From Piromyces finnis finn (Eukaryota; Fungi; Neocallimastigomycota), in contig MCFH01000006.1 in NCBI GenBank assembly GCA_002104945.1, positions 558,001 through 622,000 of the forward strand: a DNA stretch of 64,000 bases. The letters are read 5' to 3'. Position 1 is the first letter of the stretch. Each line of letters opens with the position of its first letter. The position numbers were made by a program, and so were the translations under genes. The notes under the pieces were generated by a model. It had not been told where the DNA came from. It saw only the letters and a list, made by a program, of their open reading frames with translations, and did not search any database. Positions 1-14,400 of this stretch are shown piece by piece.

Positions 1-329
1 AATAATATCTTCTATCGGTTTATATTATCTATTAACTGGAAAAATTCAAAGAAAATTAAATGGACCTGCAAGGTAATACAAATTTGAATTTAATTAATTA
101 CTTTATAGATTTTTAATTGACATTTTTTTTTTTTTTTTTCAATAGATTTACCCAACAATGTAATAAAACACTGAAACCATTTAATTTACAATTTCATGGA
201 GATCATAAATATAGATTAAGTTTTTATCGTAGAATACCAAGGCGATTCGTAGAAGGATATATTTTATTTGTTACTGAATTAAAAAAACGCAGTAAATTAA
301 AAAAGGAAATGCAAAATAAAAAAGAATAA
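1..329 (+). CDS. 3' end of an unknown protein-coding gene running in from the left edge (two visible exons)
   Basis: Exon to about nt 72 (IISSIGLYYLLTGKIQRKLNGPA, then AG|gtaata donor) splices in frame at caatag|A to FTQQCNK...KEMQNKKE*, which stops at 329. No family recognised. Confidence 0.6.
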
Positions 330-807
330 TAATAATTATTTAAAAAATAAATAAATAAAAATGTATAAATAAATGAAATTATAATACTATTAAAATAAAA
401 ATAAACCATTCTATTTAAAAAAAAAATACTTTTAACAATTCATGTTTAAAAAAAAAAGAAATTTCAATTATTTTTTTTTTCCACCTTTTTTCCCTCTTGT
501 AATTTTTTTTCATTTTTTCATTTTTTTTTTTTTTTTTTTTTGAAAAAAAAAATAAAAAATACAAATTTTAAATAATAATAAAATTTTAATAATTAAATAA
601 AATTTTAATTTATTTTTTGAGAAAAATTTTCTACCTTCTTAATTTGTGGTCTGAGATTGAAAAAAGAAAAAAAAAATTTTTTTTTAATCATTTGTCTTTT
701 AAAAAGCAGCATTTTCTTATTATTTTTAGAATAGAAAAAGGTTTTAAACATTTTAAATTAAAAAGTATTTTTTTATATCGTTATTTTAATATTTAAATAC
801 TAACAAA

Positions 808-1958
808 ATGGTAGGAAAAATTATATTAAATAATAATGAAAATTCATCCACATTATATGTAACAACAATAATAATACTATAATATATATCTATTTACTTA
901 AATAGTCAAAGGGTTTATCAATTAAGGAAGCATTAAAACTTTGGGTAAATATATCATAATTTTTTGAATTACTTCAATTATGTTATCAAACTAAAATTGA
1001 TCATTAATAATATATTACAGGAAGAAAAAAATGGAACACCAGCTTCAGAAGCCACAGTTATTAAATTATTAATGCAACAACCATTTATTACAAAGATGGA
1101 TGCAACTCTTCAAACTTTACAAGCTTGCGAGTAATATTAGAAAAAATATAATAAATTTAGAAAGTTTTTTTTCCTAATAAAATTAATGATTATATTTTTC
1201 TTTTATTCTTTTTTTTTTTTTTTTTTTTTGACATTAAAAAAATATATATTGAAATATAACAATATAAATAAAAAAAAATGAAAATTTGAACATCCTACCA
1301 ATAACTAAAATATGATGGATATATAAATAATAATATATTAGACATTTATCATTATCTACAAATAATATTGAAAAAATAAGTAATTTAAATGGATTAAAAT
1401 TAAGAGTATTATCTCTTGGAAGAAATAATATTAAAAAGATTGAAGGTTTAGATGCAGTATCAGAAACTCTTGAAGAACTTTGGATATCATATAATCTCAT
1501 TGAAAAGTTTAATGGTATAGAATGTTGTAAAAAGTTAAAGGTATTATATGCAAGTAATAACAAAGTTAAAGCTTGGGAAGGAATTACATGTTTGGTAATA
1601 TATTTAAATTATCAATATATATAAAAAATAAAATAAAAAAAAAAAAAATACATAAATTTTACTGAAAGATATAAGAAATAATTTTCAATCATATTATTTT
1701 ATTGTAATAAAATAATTATTTATATTAATATATAAATTTTTTTTAATAACAACAATTCTAATAAAAATCAAATTACAAATACTTCAGAGTAGTCTTCCTG
1801 CTCTTGAAGATGTATTATTATCTGGTAATCCATTGGAAGAAAAATGTACTGCGGAAGGTACATGGAGAGATGAATTTACCAAAAAATATACTCAAGTTAA
1901 AAAATTAGATGGTAAACAAATTATCAGAGAAGAAGAAGAAGGAGAAGAAGAAAGTTAA
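808..1958 (+). CDS. DNAL1: Axonemal outer-arm dynein light chain 1 (LC1, SDS22-like LRR), 191 aa, 5 exons
   Basis: Exons 808-810 (ATG), 906-944, 1021-1130, 1342-1594 and 1788-1958, all GT-AG, total 576 nt in frame. Translation [19 protein letters not shown]...[32 protein letters not shown]...[29 protein letters not shown]...LLSGNPL...KKLDG matches the LC1/DNAL1 sequence I know closely. Confidence 0.95.
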
Positions 1959-2467
1959 AAAAGAAATTTAACTTACAAACTTTTTTTATTTGAATTCAAG
2001 TTATTTATAAATAATTTTCTATTACATATATTATTCCTATATTTAAAATTGGAAATAGCTATTTTTTTTTATAGACTTTTAATTTTATTCTTTAAACATT
2101 CTATTATTAATTAAACTTTGTTATTTATGTAAAAAAACAATACATAATAATATTTTATATTAACTTGTTCTTTCACATAAAAACTAATGATTTATAAACC
2201 TCCATAATTAATTTTTTTTAAAAATAATAAATTGTATTATTTAAAACTTTAATTACCAATTTCTTTTTTTTTTTTTTTTACTTTTCTTTTTCAATTATTG
2301 ATGATAAAAGTTGGATTTATTTTCCAAAGTTATTACTTCAAAATACTAATGTAAAATGGTTATTTTATATAACAATAACTAATAATATATATAAATGAAA
2401 TAGTAAAAGCATAAATAATATTTTGATTTATTATTGAAAAACCTTTTATTATTATTATTGAAAAACC

Positions 2468-2636
<169 letters not shown>

Positions 2637-3782
2637 GAATCTACAAACACTATAAATAGAATATTTAATTAAATTATTGGACTTTTTATTTTTTATATTA
2701 AATTTTAATTTAACATAGTTTAATACACCTATTTATTGCGGCTTTTAAAATAATATCAAAACACTTTTCATTTAATTTTAAAAGGTTTATATTGAATGTT
2801 TGTGGCTAAACTTTTCTATTTTTTGAACCAAGTATCAAAATAAATAATATTCAATATAATATAATATATTTATAATATATTATAATAAATTAAAATTTAT
2901 TTTGTGATACGAACATTAATTAATTTTTAAAATATCAACTTTTTATTATATTTTAAACTTTTCAAAAAAAAATCTTTTTTTTTTTTTTTTAATAAAGTAA
3001 AAAAATAAAAAGTAGAAACTTTGAAGTTATAGCTACAAAAGAGAGTGGAAAATTGGTTTTCTTTATATTGAAAGAAGGTAGAAAAAAACAAAAGCAAAAA
3101 AAAAATAAATAAAAGCAAAAGCAAAAGCAAAAAAGAAATCTCTAAAAGGATAAAGTAAATAAAATTAAAATTCAATTAAAATTTTAATAAATTATAAATA
3201 AAAATGAAAATATTTTCAATTTAAACAAGAGTATTTAAAAGCAAAAAACACATTGATAAAAAAAAAAAAGTTTTAAAGTCACATAAACTGTTGAAAGAAT
3301 ACACTTTTTTTAAATATATATTAATACTTTTCTTTTTTTTTTTTTTTTTTTTTTTTTTGAATATATACTAAAATTAAATTTTATAAATATTACCAAACTC
3401 TAGAAAAAAAAAAAAAGAAAAAAAGCATAAAATCTAATATATACCCAACATATAATTCTTTCTTTCTTTTTTTTTATTATTTGAAAATTTTAAAAATAAG
3501 TTTCAATATTTACCCTTTAAATTGTTTTTAGAATTTTCAATTATGTAAGTATTTAAATGCATATTTAAATATTAAATAAACAATAGAAAAAATAAATTTT
3601 CTAATTTTATAAATATAAATTTATAAATAATATTTTTTTTTTTTTTTAAAAAAAAAGTAGTTTGTTTCCTTCATCAGCAATAATTTATACATATAATCAT
3701 TTTTATTTATACTTAAATAAGTAAAAGCAACCTATTATAAAAAAAAAATCAATGACAATATAATATAATAAGTTTCAATAAA

Positions 3783-5120
3783 ATGATATTTTTATTACTA
3801 ATACTATTAAGTGTAATAAACTATAGTAACCAAGAGTTTTTAACATCTTCTAAAATATATATAAATGGTGATTATTATTCAATAGCAAGCTTAAATGAAC
3901 CCTGTATTGTTGATAATTCATCTGCAACCTTACCTCTTGAAAGAGGAATTGGTTTAAATAATTGTGAAAGTGGTTTAACTTGTTTTAATTTTCATTGTAT
4001 ATTTCCATCAGAGGAAAATCAACCTTGTGAATATCTTTTTTTCAAAAACATTACAAAAATATCTGAAGTAGGATTTGATAGAAGTAATTGTACAAGTGAA
4101 TTTTATTGTCATCCCTTTGATAATGTATGTAAAAAAACCAAGGAAATTAACGAAAAGTGTGAAAATAATGAAGAATGTATTAATATTCTTCAACCAAATT
4201 CAACATGTTATAACGGAAGATGTACACTATCATCAATGGTTCCACATCCACAAAATAGTCGTTATTTCTTTATTTTCTTTTTCTTGTCAATTTTAATTTA
4301 TATATATTATCGTCAATATACTATACAGGAAGCTCAATTAAATCGTTTGAACGAACTTGCAGCACAAGGTATGCTTGAAAGAAGATGTGATCCAGAAATA
4401 GAAACATTACCACCTTATTCTCCACCTTCATCCACTTTTCTTGCCGAAAATGAAAATGATAATACCCACTCCTTAATTTCCCCACCAAGTTATCATCAAT
4501 TCCCAACTGTTGATATCAGTCCTCAGGGAACCATGATAAATACTTCAACTACAAATTCACCAAATATTCTCACGGATTCTATTCTACACTCCATAAACGT
4601 AAATACAACCAACAATTCAATAACAACGGCAAATAGATCAACAAATCAAAATCTTTTGTCAGCCAATCCAAGATTGTCTTTCATATCAACTCAAAGTTCA
4701 TTATTAATACCAAATACACCACCACCAAGTTATTCTCAACCTACAACACCATACTTGTACGATATAGAAAATGAAAATGGCGAAAATAATAATACAAGCA
4801 ATAATGATGATAATGATAATGAGGCACTATTACCACCAATTCCTACAAATTCAAATGTTACTCAACCACCAGTAGCACATCCACATAACAATTCACGAAC
4901 CTATAATCTTGTGAATAATGTCACAACCATGAATGTAAATAGATATTCAACGCTGTCAAATCCAGAAGATCGTTCCGATCAGAATAATAATAATTCAAAT
5001 CGATCCAGTTATCGTCGTAGTACGATTAGTCTTAGAAGAAGTAGTCTTCGTCACTCTATCACCCTGGATTCCAATTCCAATATTAATTTATCCATGGAAA
5101 GTAGTCCTCCTCCTCATTAA
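3783..5120 (+). CDS. Single-exon type I membrane protein, 445 aa: signal peptide, Cys-rich ectodomain, one TM, low-complexity cytosolic tail with PY motifs
   Basis: Hydrophobic N-terminus MIFLLLILLSVINYS, about 12 Cys in C-x-C clusters, TM YFFIFFFLSILIYIYY, tail motifs LPPY, PPSY and PPSY. Confidence 0.85.
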   Translation: MIFLLLILLSVINYSNQEFLTSSKIYINGDYYSIASLNEPCIVDNSSATLPLERGIGLNNCESGLTCFNFHCIFPSEENQPCEYLFFKNITKISEVGFDRSNCTSEFYCHPFDNVCKKTKEINEKCENNEECINILQPNSTCYNGRCTLSSMVPHPQNSRYFFIFFFLSILIYIYYRQYTIQEAQLNRLNELAAQGMLERRCDPEIETLPPYSPPSSTFLAENENDNTHSLISPPSYHQFPTVDISPQGTMINTSTTNSPNILTDSILHSINVNTTNNSITTANRSTNQNLLSANPRLSFISTQSSLLIPNTPPPSYSQPTTPYLYDIENENGENNNTSNNDDNDNEALLPPIPTNSNVTQPPVAHPHNNSRTYNLVNNVTTMNVNRYSTLSNPEDRSDQNNNNSNRSSYRRSTISLRRSSLRHSITLDSNSNINLSMESSPPPH

Positions 5121-6114
5121 CCAACATCCCTTTTTAATACCGCCAATAATTAATAATAATTATTATTATTATATGCGTTAAAAAAAAAGAAAAAAAAGAA
5201 AACGAAAAAACACACAATAAACTAAAAATATTGTCTATTATTTTAATAAATTTAAAATAACAGATAAATTGAATCCTACTACTAAACCCTAAATCCCATA
5301 GTATTTCCAAAACCTCTTTTAAAAACGCTTCAAGAAAGAAAGAAAAAAAAAATTTAGTATAAATAAAATGTTTTTCATAGATTTTATATATATATATATA
5401 TATAAATATCTTTATATATATATATATATTATTTAAAGTTTTTATATCTAATAATAATATAATTATAAATTAATATAATAATTATTTTTTTATGAATACT
5501 GATAATTTTTATTATTATTATTATTACTATTGTTATTCATTTATATATAAATGATGTTAATATTCATGATTTAAAAAGAAAATATTTTTTTTTTATTTAA
5601 ACAAAAATAAAATAAAATATAAAAAGAAAAGAAAATCAATCATCCACCACATTATAATATATATACAATAACCACAATTATTAATAAAGAACATTTAATA
5701 TTAAGTAAAAAAAAAAAGTTTTTTTAATGAGTATTATTACTATAAACGTTAAAAGTATTTTTTTTTTTTAATTACCTAAGAAAAAAAAAAAAAAAAACCC
5801 TATACACTAAAAAAAATAGTAAAGCAAATGAAATATTTAACAAAAAATTATATTTAATTATAAAGTATAAATTTCTTTTAAAAAAAATTTTTTTTTTTTT
5901 TTCATTGAATATCCATTAACTCTTTCATTAAAAAACAAAATTAAAATACCAATTAATAATAATTAATAACAATAATAAATAAATAAATTTTAATCCACTT
6001 ATTTATAAATAAGTAGACTAAATATAAAAAAATATATAAAAAAAATTTTTTTTTTTTTTTTTTGTTTTTAATCTATTTTTCATAAAGATATAGAAAAGAA
6101 TATACAAAAGATTA

Positions 6115-9100
6115 TTAAGTAGTTAAAGAAGGGGAAGGAGGAGAAGATAACGATGTGGTTAAAGAAGGGGAAGGAGAAGAAGATAATGATTTTAATAAAT
6201 TTTCAAGATAAGGTTTATTTTGGAATAAATCAGATAAACATTGACGAGTAGTATGATATTTAGAATGAAGGGTTGCTTCATCTTTTTCAAATTGAGAATG
6301 TGGATTATTAAAGACAATAGAATAAATGTGATCTTCTAACAGTTTTTCTTTTATTTCTTTACACATTTTATGATAGTCCAGATTTTGATGATGAATAAGA
6401 AATTGAAGAAGTGATGGATCAATTAAATCTTTTATTGATTTTGTTTTGGGAGGATCAACACTCGATTTTCTTTTGGCGCTAATACTATTTTTTTGAGAGG
6501 ATAAGGCAGCATTAGAATAACCACTACTAAGGGATGCCTTTCTTTTCCAAGAAACTGTGGAAGAAACCACATTGGCAACAGAAGAAACATTAGATTGACC
6601 TTTTTTTTTCGTATTACCTTTTTTCTTTATTTTATCTTTATTTTCTGTTTTTTGTGAGGATATTGGAGAGGAGAAAAATACCTTGGTAGAATCAGCTTTC
6701 CCATCATCCAACTGAAAAGAAATATTACCTTTTAATAGTAAATTTATAAAATTAACATCATCTTTTCTACCGGTAATTTGAATATTTTGACGGGATAATG
6801 GTATCTTTGAAGAGACACCTCTTTTTTTTTCTTCATCCATTAATTCTTTTTGTTCCAAAAGTAACATTTCTAAACCAGCATTTCCCACTAACAAAGGATA
6901 TTTCCTTTTAAAATCTGGATATTGATCGTATTTTTTAAAGTCATCAAAAAGACTAGGAGGTAAATTTTGATTTTTAGGAGGTATAGGAGATTTAGTGCAA
7001 GAAGAAATTGTAGCATTTGAAGAAAGAGTATTCTTTTTCTTCTTTTTTTGACTTTCATCATCATTACCATCGATCTTTTTTGAAATCGCTTTGTTTTTAT
7101 TATTTTTATTATTATTTTCTGAGGTATCATCATAATCTCCAAATATTCCTTCACCATAGGAACCATTTACCTTTTTATTTTTCTTATTCTTTTTCTTTTT
7201 TTTAACAGTTTTTTGAGTATCGTTTGAAAAAAGCTTCTTTTCTGAATCTGTAAATAAATTTGAATCCTTATAATTAATGACAAGACCTCCATTTATAGAA
7301 TTTGACATGGATACAGAGGATAAAAACCCCTTACTTTTGCCCAAGTTATGCCCCTTATATAAATCACTTTTACTACAGTATACAGATTCTGATTGGGATA
7401 ATTGAGGTTTACTTGAGGAGGTTTCATCTGTTGATGCTGGAACATTTTTAGGATCAATCCATTCATTATGATGATTTACTACATGAAATTTTTCTTTTAA
7501 ATCTTTACCTTTAAATTTCTTTTTTTCTTGTTCCTTTCTTTGACACCATTCCTTAAATTTATTGGCATCCATTTGTTTTTGTTTTTCTTCTCGTAATTCT
7601 TTTGCCTTTTCTTGTTTTTCCTCCATTCTTTTCTTTTTCTTTTCCAATTCTATTTTATTATTCATCCATTCTTTTAACCTTTCTTTTTTCCGTTTCTCTA
7701 TCTTTTCCTTCATTGCCAATTCTTCCTTATCCCTTTCAATCTGTTTCATTTTCATGTCTAGTGCCTGAATATTTTTCTCCTTTTCCTGAACTAGTTTATC
7801 CTTTAACCAATCATTATATGCTTTTTCATTTTTTTCTTTTCTTTTCTTGATCGCTTCTTCAGTATCCTTGGAACAATGGGAATAATTTTCATTATCCTTA
7901 CTTACTAATTTATGATGTTTCTCCGACGACTGTAAAATACGATAGTTATTGTGGCTTGTTTGAGTCGTCAAGAATAATAGTTCATTTCTACTTTTTATTA
8001 ATTCCAATTTCTTTTCATGTTCTATTTGATTTTTCTTTTGAAGCCATAATTGAAAATTTGCAATCTCTTTTTGATAATCTTGTTCAGCATAATTTTCTAA
8101 TAACTTTATATTACAGTGGTCATACTTATGGGTATCATTGGGATTCGAATCTGAAAAATATTCTTGATAATCCATAGTGTCGTATGTTTTTGATTCTTGC
8201 TCCTTATATTCCATTTGAGGTGGAGGTTGGATCAAGGATACATCCTTTCTTATTCTTTCAATTTTGTCTTTATCGTATATTGATACTATTTTTTCATTAT
8301 CCCTTTTAAAATTAGTAGAAATATTTGAGCTAATAGTGATTTCTTCATTACTAGTAATGTCAGAATTTATTTCCGATGAATGATCTTTACATACTGTTAA
8401 CTCTTTAATACTAGGTTCCTCTTCTTCTTTTAAATAATTTTCATTTAATTCAATAGTATTCTCTGTAAGTTCTTTTACTGATTTCATGGCTTTATTTATT
8501 TCAATATTATTTTCCATATCTTCCTTTATCGATTCCATAGATTCATTAATTGAATTAGTATTTTGATTTATTTTTGTATTATTTTGTTCTATTTCGTTGG
8601 AGAGTTTCAAATTTTCATTTAAATCATTGTCGTTAGAGGGTTCCATTAGTATACCTTCTTCATTACTTTTATTCTTAAATTTATTAATAGAATTAATCAA
8701 CTCCTTTGAACTATTCGTCGATGAATGATCTAAATTGTTTTGAATTAAAAAACCTTTATTTTGATATTCCTCTCTTTCACTACTATTAAATGATTTTCCA
8801 TCTATGAAGGCTTTCTCATAAATATTACTATCTAATCCTTTTTTTTTTGAAAATTTATTTTCTTTTTTTTTTCCATTGTTTAAACTAGTATTAGCTTGAT
8901 AATTGAAAGTTTCATTTCCATTAGACATATCATTTAAAGCATTGATATTCCTATCATATTCATTAAGCATATCGTTTGAAGCATTGATATTCCTATCATA
9001 TTCATTAAGCATATCGTTTGAAGCATTGGTATTTCTATCATATTCATTAGACGTATTATCATTCCCTGCATTAATCCTATTTTCTTTATTATTGGATTCT

Positions 9101-10325
9101 AAAATAATTTTCGAGGGTATGGAGGAATCCAACATCTTTTTGTAATTAAACTTTCCAACTTTACTTTTGGTTATATAGGGTATGTTGGTTGTTCTTATTA
9201 TCGAAGAATTAGTAAAAGAAGTATTTAAGCTGGTTGAATTTTGATAGGAAGAGGAGGTTTTTTTATTTGCTTTTTGTTTTTTTCTTTTATCTATCATTTT
9301 GTTTTGGTATTCCTCCAATCTTAATTCATTGTAATTTTTAATATCTTCTAAGATTTCTTGAGGCACTGTACTAAAATCATCACAACATACTACTTTGGAT
9401 TGTAGTTGACTTGGTAGGACGGATGATGATGATGATAATGTTGGATGGCTTAAATTTTCATTTGTTACAGTATCCTCTCTTATATTAAATATTGTTTTTT
9501 CTATTTCACTAACATTGGATACTAACTTACAATCAGAGTTCACATTTCTTTTGATACTAGTAGTAGAATTGTTTCCTTCTTTATTCTCTTTATTTTTTTT
9601 TCTTTTTTTTTCGGTTGTAATAGAATGCCAATGTAATGATGATTCAAAACTATTTTGAGATATATCATATGTAATGTCATTCCTTTGTTCTATACTTTTA
9701 ATTTTTTCATTTTCATTCTCCCTTATAATTTTACTTCCAGCTTTATTATTCTTTTTATTAGCTTCATTATAGCTATACATTATTTTTGAATCCTCTTTTT
9801 CCACCCTTGAAATATTATCATCATTACAGCTATCATTACCTTTAATAAAAGGTATTGAACCTTTACCACAAGATTCTTCAATTACTGAACCATTTATGTC
9901 TTCTTTTTCATTATTTATATTATTTTTTGACACTAGCACACATGAAAATTCACTTGAATTTATTAAAGATATACTATCCCTATCATTTTCCTTTTGAGGA
10001 AGAAAAATATTATCTCTCCCTTCTTCTTTATCTTTATTGATGATGATATATATTTTAATTATAATATGTATTTTAATTAAAAATATTATATTAAATAGAT
10101 TTTAACATAAAAATTATTATAAATAGTAAAAAAAAAAAATTAATTATATTTTTAACACCTATTCAATATTCAATGAATTTTAAGATTTCATTTATTAAAA
10201 AAAAAATTGATTTTTATTTATTGTTTTTTATAAAAATACATACAACTAAAAAGATCAAAGTCAGTAATAATGTCTTGATGATTATTAAGTTCATTTACAC
10301 TATTAATATCTAAAGAATCCATCAT
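6115..10325 (-). CDS. Large low-complexity, Lys/Glu-rich coiled-coil protein (more than 1300 aa) with a CCDC34/CCDC181-like repeated 'A-x-x-x-W-L-x-x-K' coiled-coil region
   Basis: ORF 6115-9939 has no ATG start but stays open upstream to about 10050. A probable first exon is 10325-10244 (MMDSLDINSVNELNNHQDIITDFDLFS, then gtatgt donor). The coiled-coil segment contains FQLWLQKK, AYNDWLKDK, EWMNNK and FKEWCQRK. The family call is by motif resemblance only. Confidence 0.7.
8939..9050 (-). repeat. 42-bp (14-aa) coding tandem repeat, about 2.7 copies
   Basis: Unit gcattgatattcctatcatattcattaagcatatcgtttgaa starts at 8939, 8981 and 9023. It encodes NEYDRNINASNDML. Confidence 0.9.
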
Positions 10326-11771
10326 TAACTACGCTATATTCATTTTTCAATTTTTAAAAATAACATTGATTCATTGAATTTGCATTTTATTTTTTCACCA
10401 AATTTTTACAAGATAACAAAATACTTTTAATAAAATTTTATTTTTAAATATATATTATTAATTTTTAGGTTTTCCATAAAATAGTTGTTACCGTTATTGT
10501 TATTGTTGGTATTATATTGTTGTTTTAATCTTTTTTTTTTTTTTTACATAAATTAAATAATTTAAAAAAGTTTTTGATTTAAAATGGTTACGGAGTTTAA
10601 ATTATAATAAATAAAAAAAAAATTTTTTTTTTCTTTTTTTTCATTGGGTATATTTTTGAATTTTTTTAATTACATATTATTACATATTTACTATTACATA
10701 TTTTTATTAATTCCATATGTAATATAAATATAAATAATAATAATAATATTAGTCAACCAAAGTTTCATTGATAATGATGAAACTTTACTATAAAACGTGG
10801 TCATAAAGTTTTATTATTTATTATTATTACAAAGTCCATTAATATTATGATAATTTAATTTTGGTTAAATTTTGTTTTATTTTAATTGTTTACCTTACCA
10901 ATAAAATTAATGATACTCTTCTTTTCTTCATCCAAATCCAATATCATCAAGAATGAGACAAAAATATTAACCAATGAAAAAAAAAATTCTTTTTCTTTTT
11001 TTATTAAAATAGTAAATTTTAATAGGATAAAAAAAAAAAAAAAGAAAAGAAACAAACCGCAGATAGAAGAAAAAAATTTTTATATTATTGAGTTTTTTAA
11101 TATAAAAAATTTCTTTTTTTCCATATCTGCCGCTAATAATCTAACCTTTAAAAAAGTTTTCATTTTTTGTGATAAACAACAATAGTAAAAGATAAGAATT
11201 TTTTTTTTATTATAATGATCAATGAGATCATTGTCTTTCTATATAAATGTATATAAATAATTAAGTAGTTAAGCCATTTAATTATTAGTTAAAAGGATAA
11301 AAAAGTATAACATTAAAAAAAAGTTATTATACTCTAAAACGTAGTGTAACTATAATATTAAAAAAAATATAAAAGTGTAAATCATAGCAACTTTTTTTTT
11401 TTTTTGGATTATTTACCCTTTCTTTAATAATTATTATGATTTATTATTTATATCATTATATACATTTTATTAATCTTTCAATCTGAACTCTTTTTATATA
11501 TTAAATAATTTTTTCATAACAAAAAATGTAGAATATGATAATGATGATTATACCAAATGTATGATTACTATAATGTTAAGGTTTAATTTTCTTTTTTCTT
11601 CAGTATTACTATTCAATTTTTTTTTAAATGTTTTTTCTCTTTTAGTAACATTGATTAAATGGTAGTGTCATGATTAAAGAATTAAATATATGATATAAAT
11701 ATATCAATAAATAATAAGAGATAATTTATATATTATTATTATTATTATTTTATATTATTATTATTATTTTA

Positions 11772-11808
<37 letters not shown>

Positions 11809-14099
11809 TTATATTATTTACTTATTTTTAATACTTTTAAAGAGTATTATCATCATACTAAAAGTAATGTTTAATGCATTATTTTTATCGTAATTGCCTA
11901 TTGATTTAATATAGTTTATAAAATGAGTCAAATAACTATGTGTAATAATAATAGAATTTATTAAATTCCATATTTATAAATAAGCCATGACCTTTGCTCA
12001 TTATTATTTCAATATAATTAAAATGAAATAGTCTTAATTTTTCCTATAAAATAAAAAAAAAAGATTAATATTAATTATTAATAATAATAATAAAAATAAT
12101 TAAAATAAAGATGTCAATAATGTATTTAATGTATTTTTTAATAATTATAAATTAATTCATTCTTGATGAAAAAATCATGTTTACCTTTAATTTATTGTCG
12201 TACAAAGTAAAGATTGAATGTAGATATTTGTGTTACATTAAAATCTTATTAATTTTTTTTAACTTTTTTTGGGTTAAAAAAAGTTTAAAAAAACGCAACA
12301 ACGACACAATAACAATTATACTATTCTATCGTCTATTTCTCTAATTAAATTAGGAAATATATATATACAATATACAATATAATCATGTAAACTTTATAAT
12401 AATAAAGGATTACCTAAGGAACAACTACTTTTTTTTTTTTTACAAAACAATTCATAATTTTATTGTAAAGTTAAGGAAAATTTTAGAGACAAAAGAAAAA
12501 AAAATGTTTAAATAAAAATTCATTTATTTTATTATTATTTTTAATATGCATAAATAATGATTTCTTTAAAAGATTATAATAATAATTAATTAATAATAGT
12601 TAATTTTAAAATATAACTTAATAAAAAAAAAAGTATTATTAATTCTCCTTCATCTTAATATTTAAAGTATTAAAATCAATTGCATAAATATTAATTCAAA
12701 TTAAAAGATTAATTTTCATTTTAAATATTTAATAATTAAAATGAAAATTAATTATTTATTAACAATACTTTTAACTCTTTTGTAAACCTTAAAACTAAAC
12801 AAAATTTCCTATAGCTAAAAATATAATTATCAATTTATAATTATTTTCTGTATATATATATATTGCTCGGTAAAATGGAGTAATATCAAAATACTATTGT
12901 AATTATTATTTCTATTAATATTTTATTATTACTATTGTATTATTATTATCATTTTTATAGTCTAAATTATTTTAATAAGGAATAATAATTATTAAAAGTA
13001 TAATTATCACCATCACTATTGTATTAATGCATTATTTATTCATTATCATATATCCCATAGTATTATTATCAATTTATTGTAATTTTTCTTTTTAACAATA
13101 GAATGTCATTAATATAATTTTTTTTATTTAATTATTTTTTTATATTAATATTAAATTCACCACAATTATTAATTAATAATTTCCTTTCTCATCCTTCTGC
13201 ACCTAAATTAAATTTACTCCTTTTTATGAGTTGTGTTTTCCATGCAAAATTTCTTTTTCTTTTTAATAATACTAATTTCTATATTAATGTTTTTATTATT
13301 TAATTTATTAGATTAATAACTATGATAGAAAGGAAATTTAATAATTTTTTTTTATTACTATAATTTAAACTTTTTTTAAATATACATAAAAAAATTCATC
13401 CAAATTTTTAAAAGTTTAAATTGTATTAAAAAGTATTATTGATTTGCAATTATTATATATTATAATTGAATATATAAAATAATATATTAAACTATAGCAT
13501 CATATCATCTTATCTCCCTATTTATCAATATAAATTAATTAAAAATAAGCAATGTTACACAATTTAATTTATAATATTGTTACTTTAAAGAATTTTAATT
13601 TATAATTAAATTAAAGAAATTTTTTCAAAAAAATACAATTTGAACTAAAAAAAAGTTTGATATTACATTTAAGAAGAGATTTGGAAAAACCATTATATAA
13701 ATTAGTGAGGATAAGGATATATATTAAAAGTGATGAACCTAAATGAAATAATAAAATTAAGTATTATTTTTTATAATTTAAGGAGGATGATACTATTTAA
13801 AATAAATAATATTTATAAATAATAATAATTAAGTGATAGACACACTATAATGATTAAACTCTTATTTAATAATAGTAAACTATTAAATATTAATTATATA
13901 GGAAAAGGTGATGGTAATTGAAATTAATAGGAATAAATGTTATAAAAGGTTATAGATAATATTGGAAAAAAAAAAGTGATACCATAAAAAATAAAAAGTA
14001 ATCATGATAAATCGAATAAAAAAAGATTATTTTATTTATAATTTCTTTTAGAAATAATAGTTTAATAAGCCCTTACTTTTGAAAAGTATTATTGTTGAA

Positions 14100-14400
<301 letters not shown>

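Noticed and set aside
1234-1563. 109-aa minus-strand ORF
   Set aside because: It is the antisense of DNAL1 exon 4.
13729-13800. RTGATGA C-box-like motifs (also near 10773) as possible C/D snoRNAs
   Set aside because: There is no downstream CTGA D box or terminal stem, and such motifs are expected by chance in AT-rich DNA.
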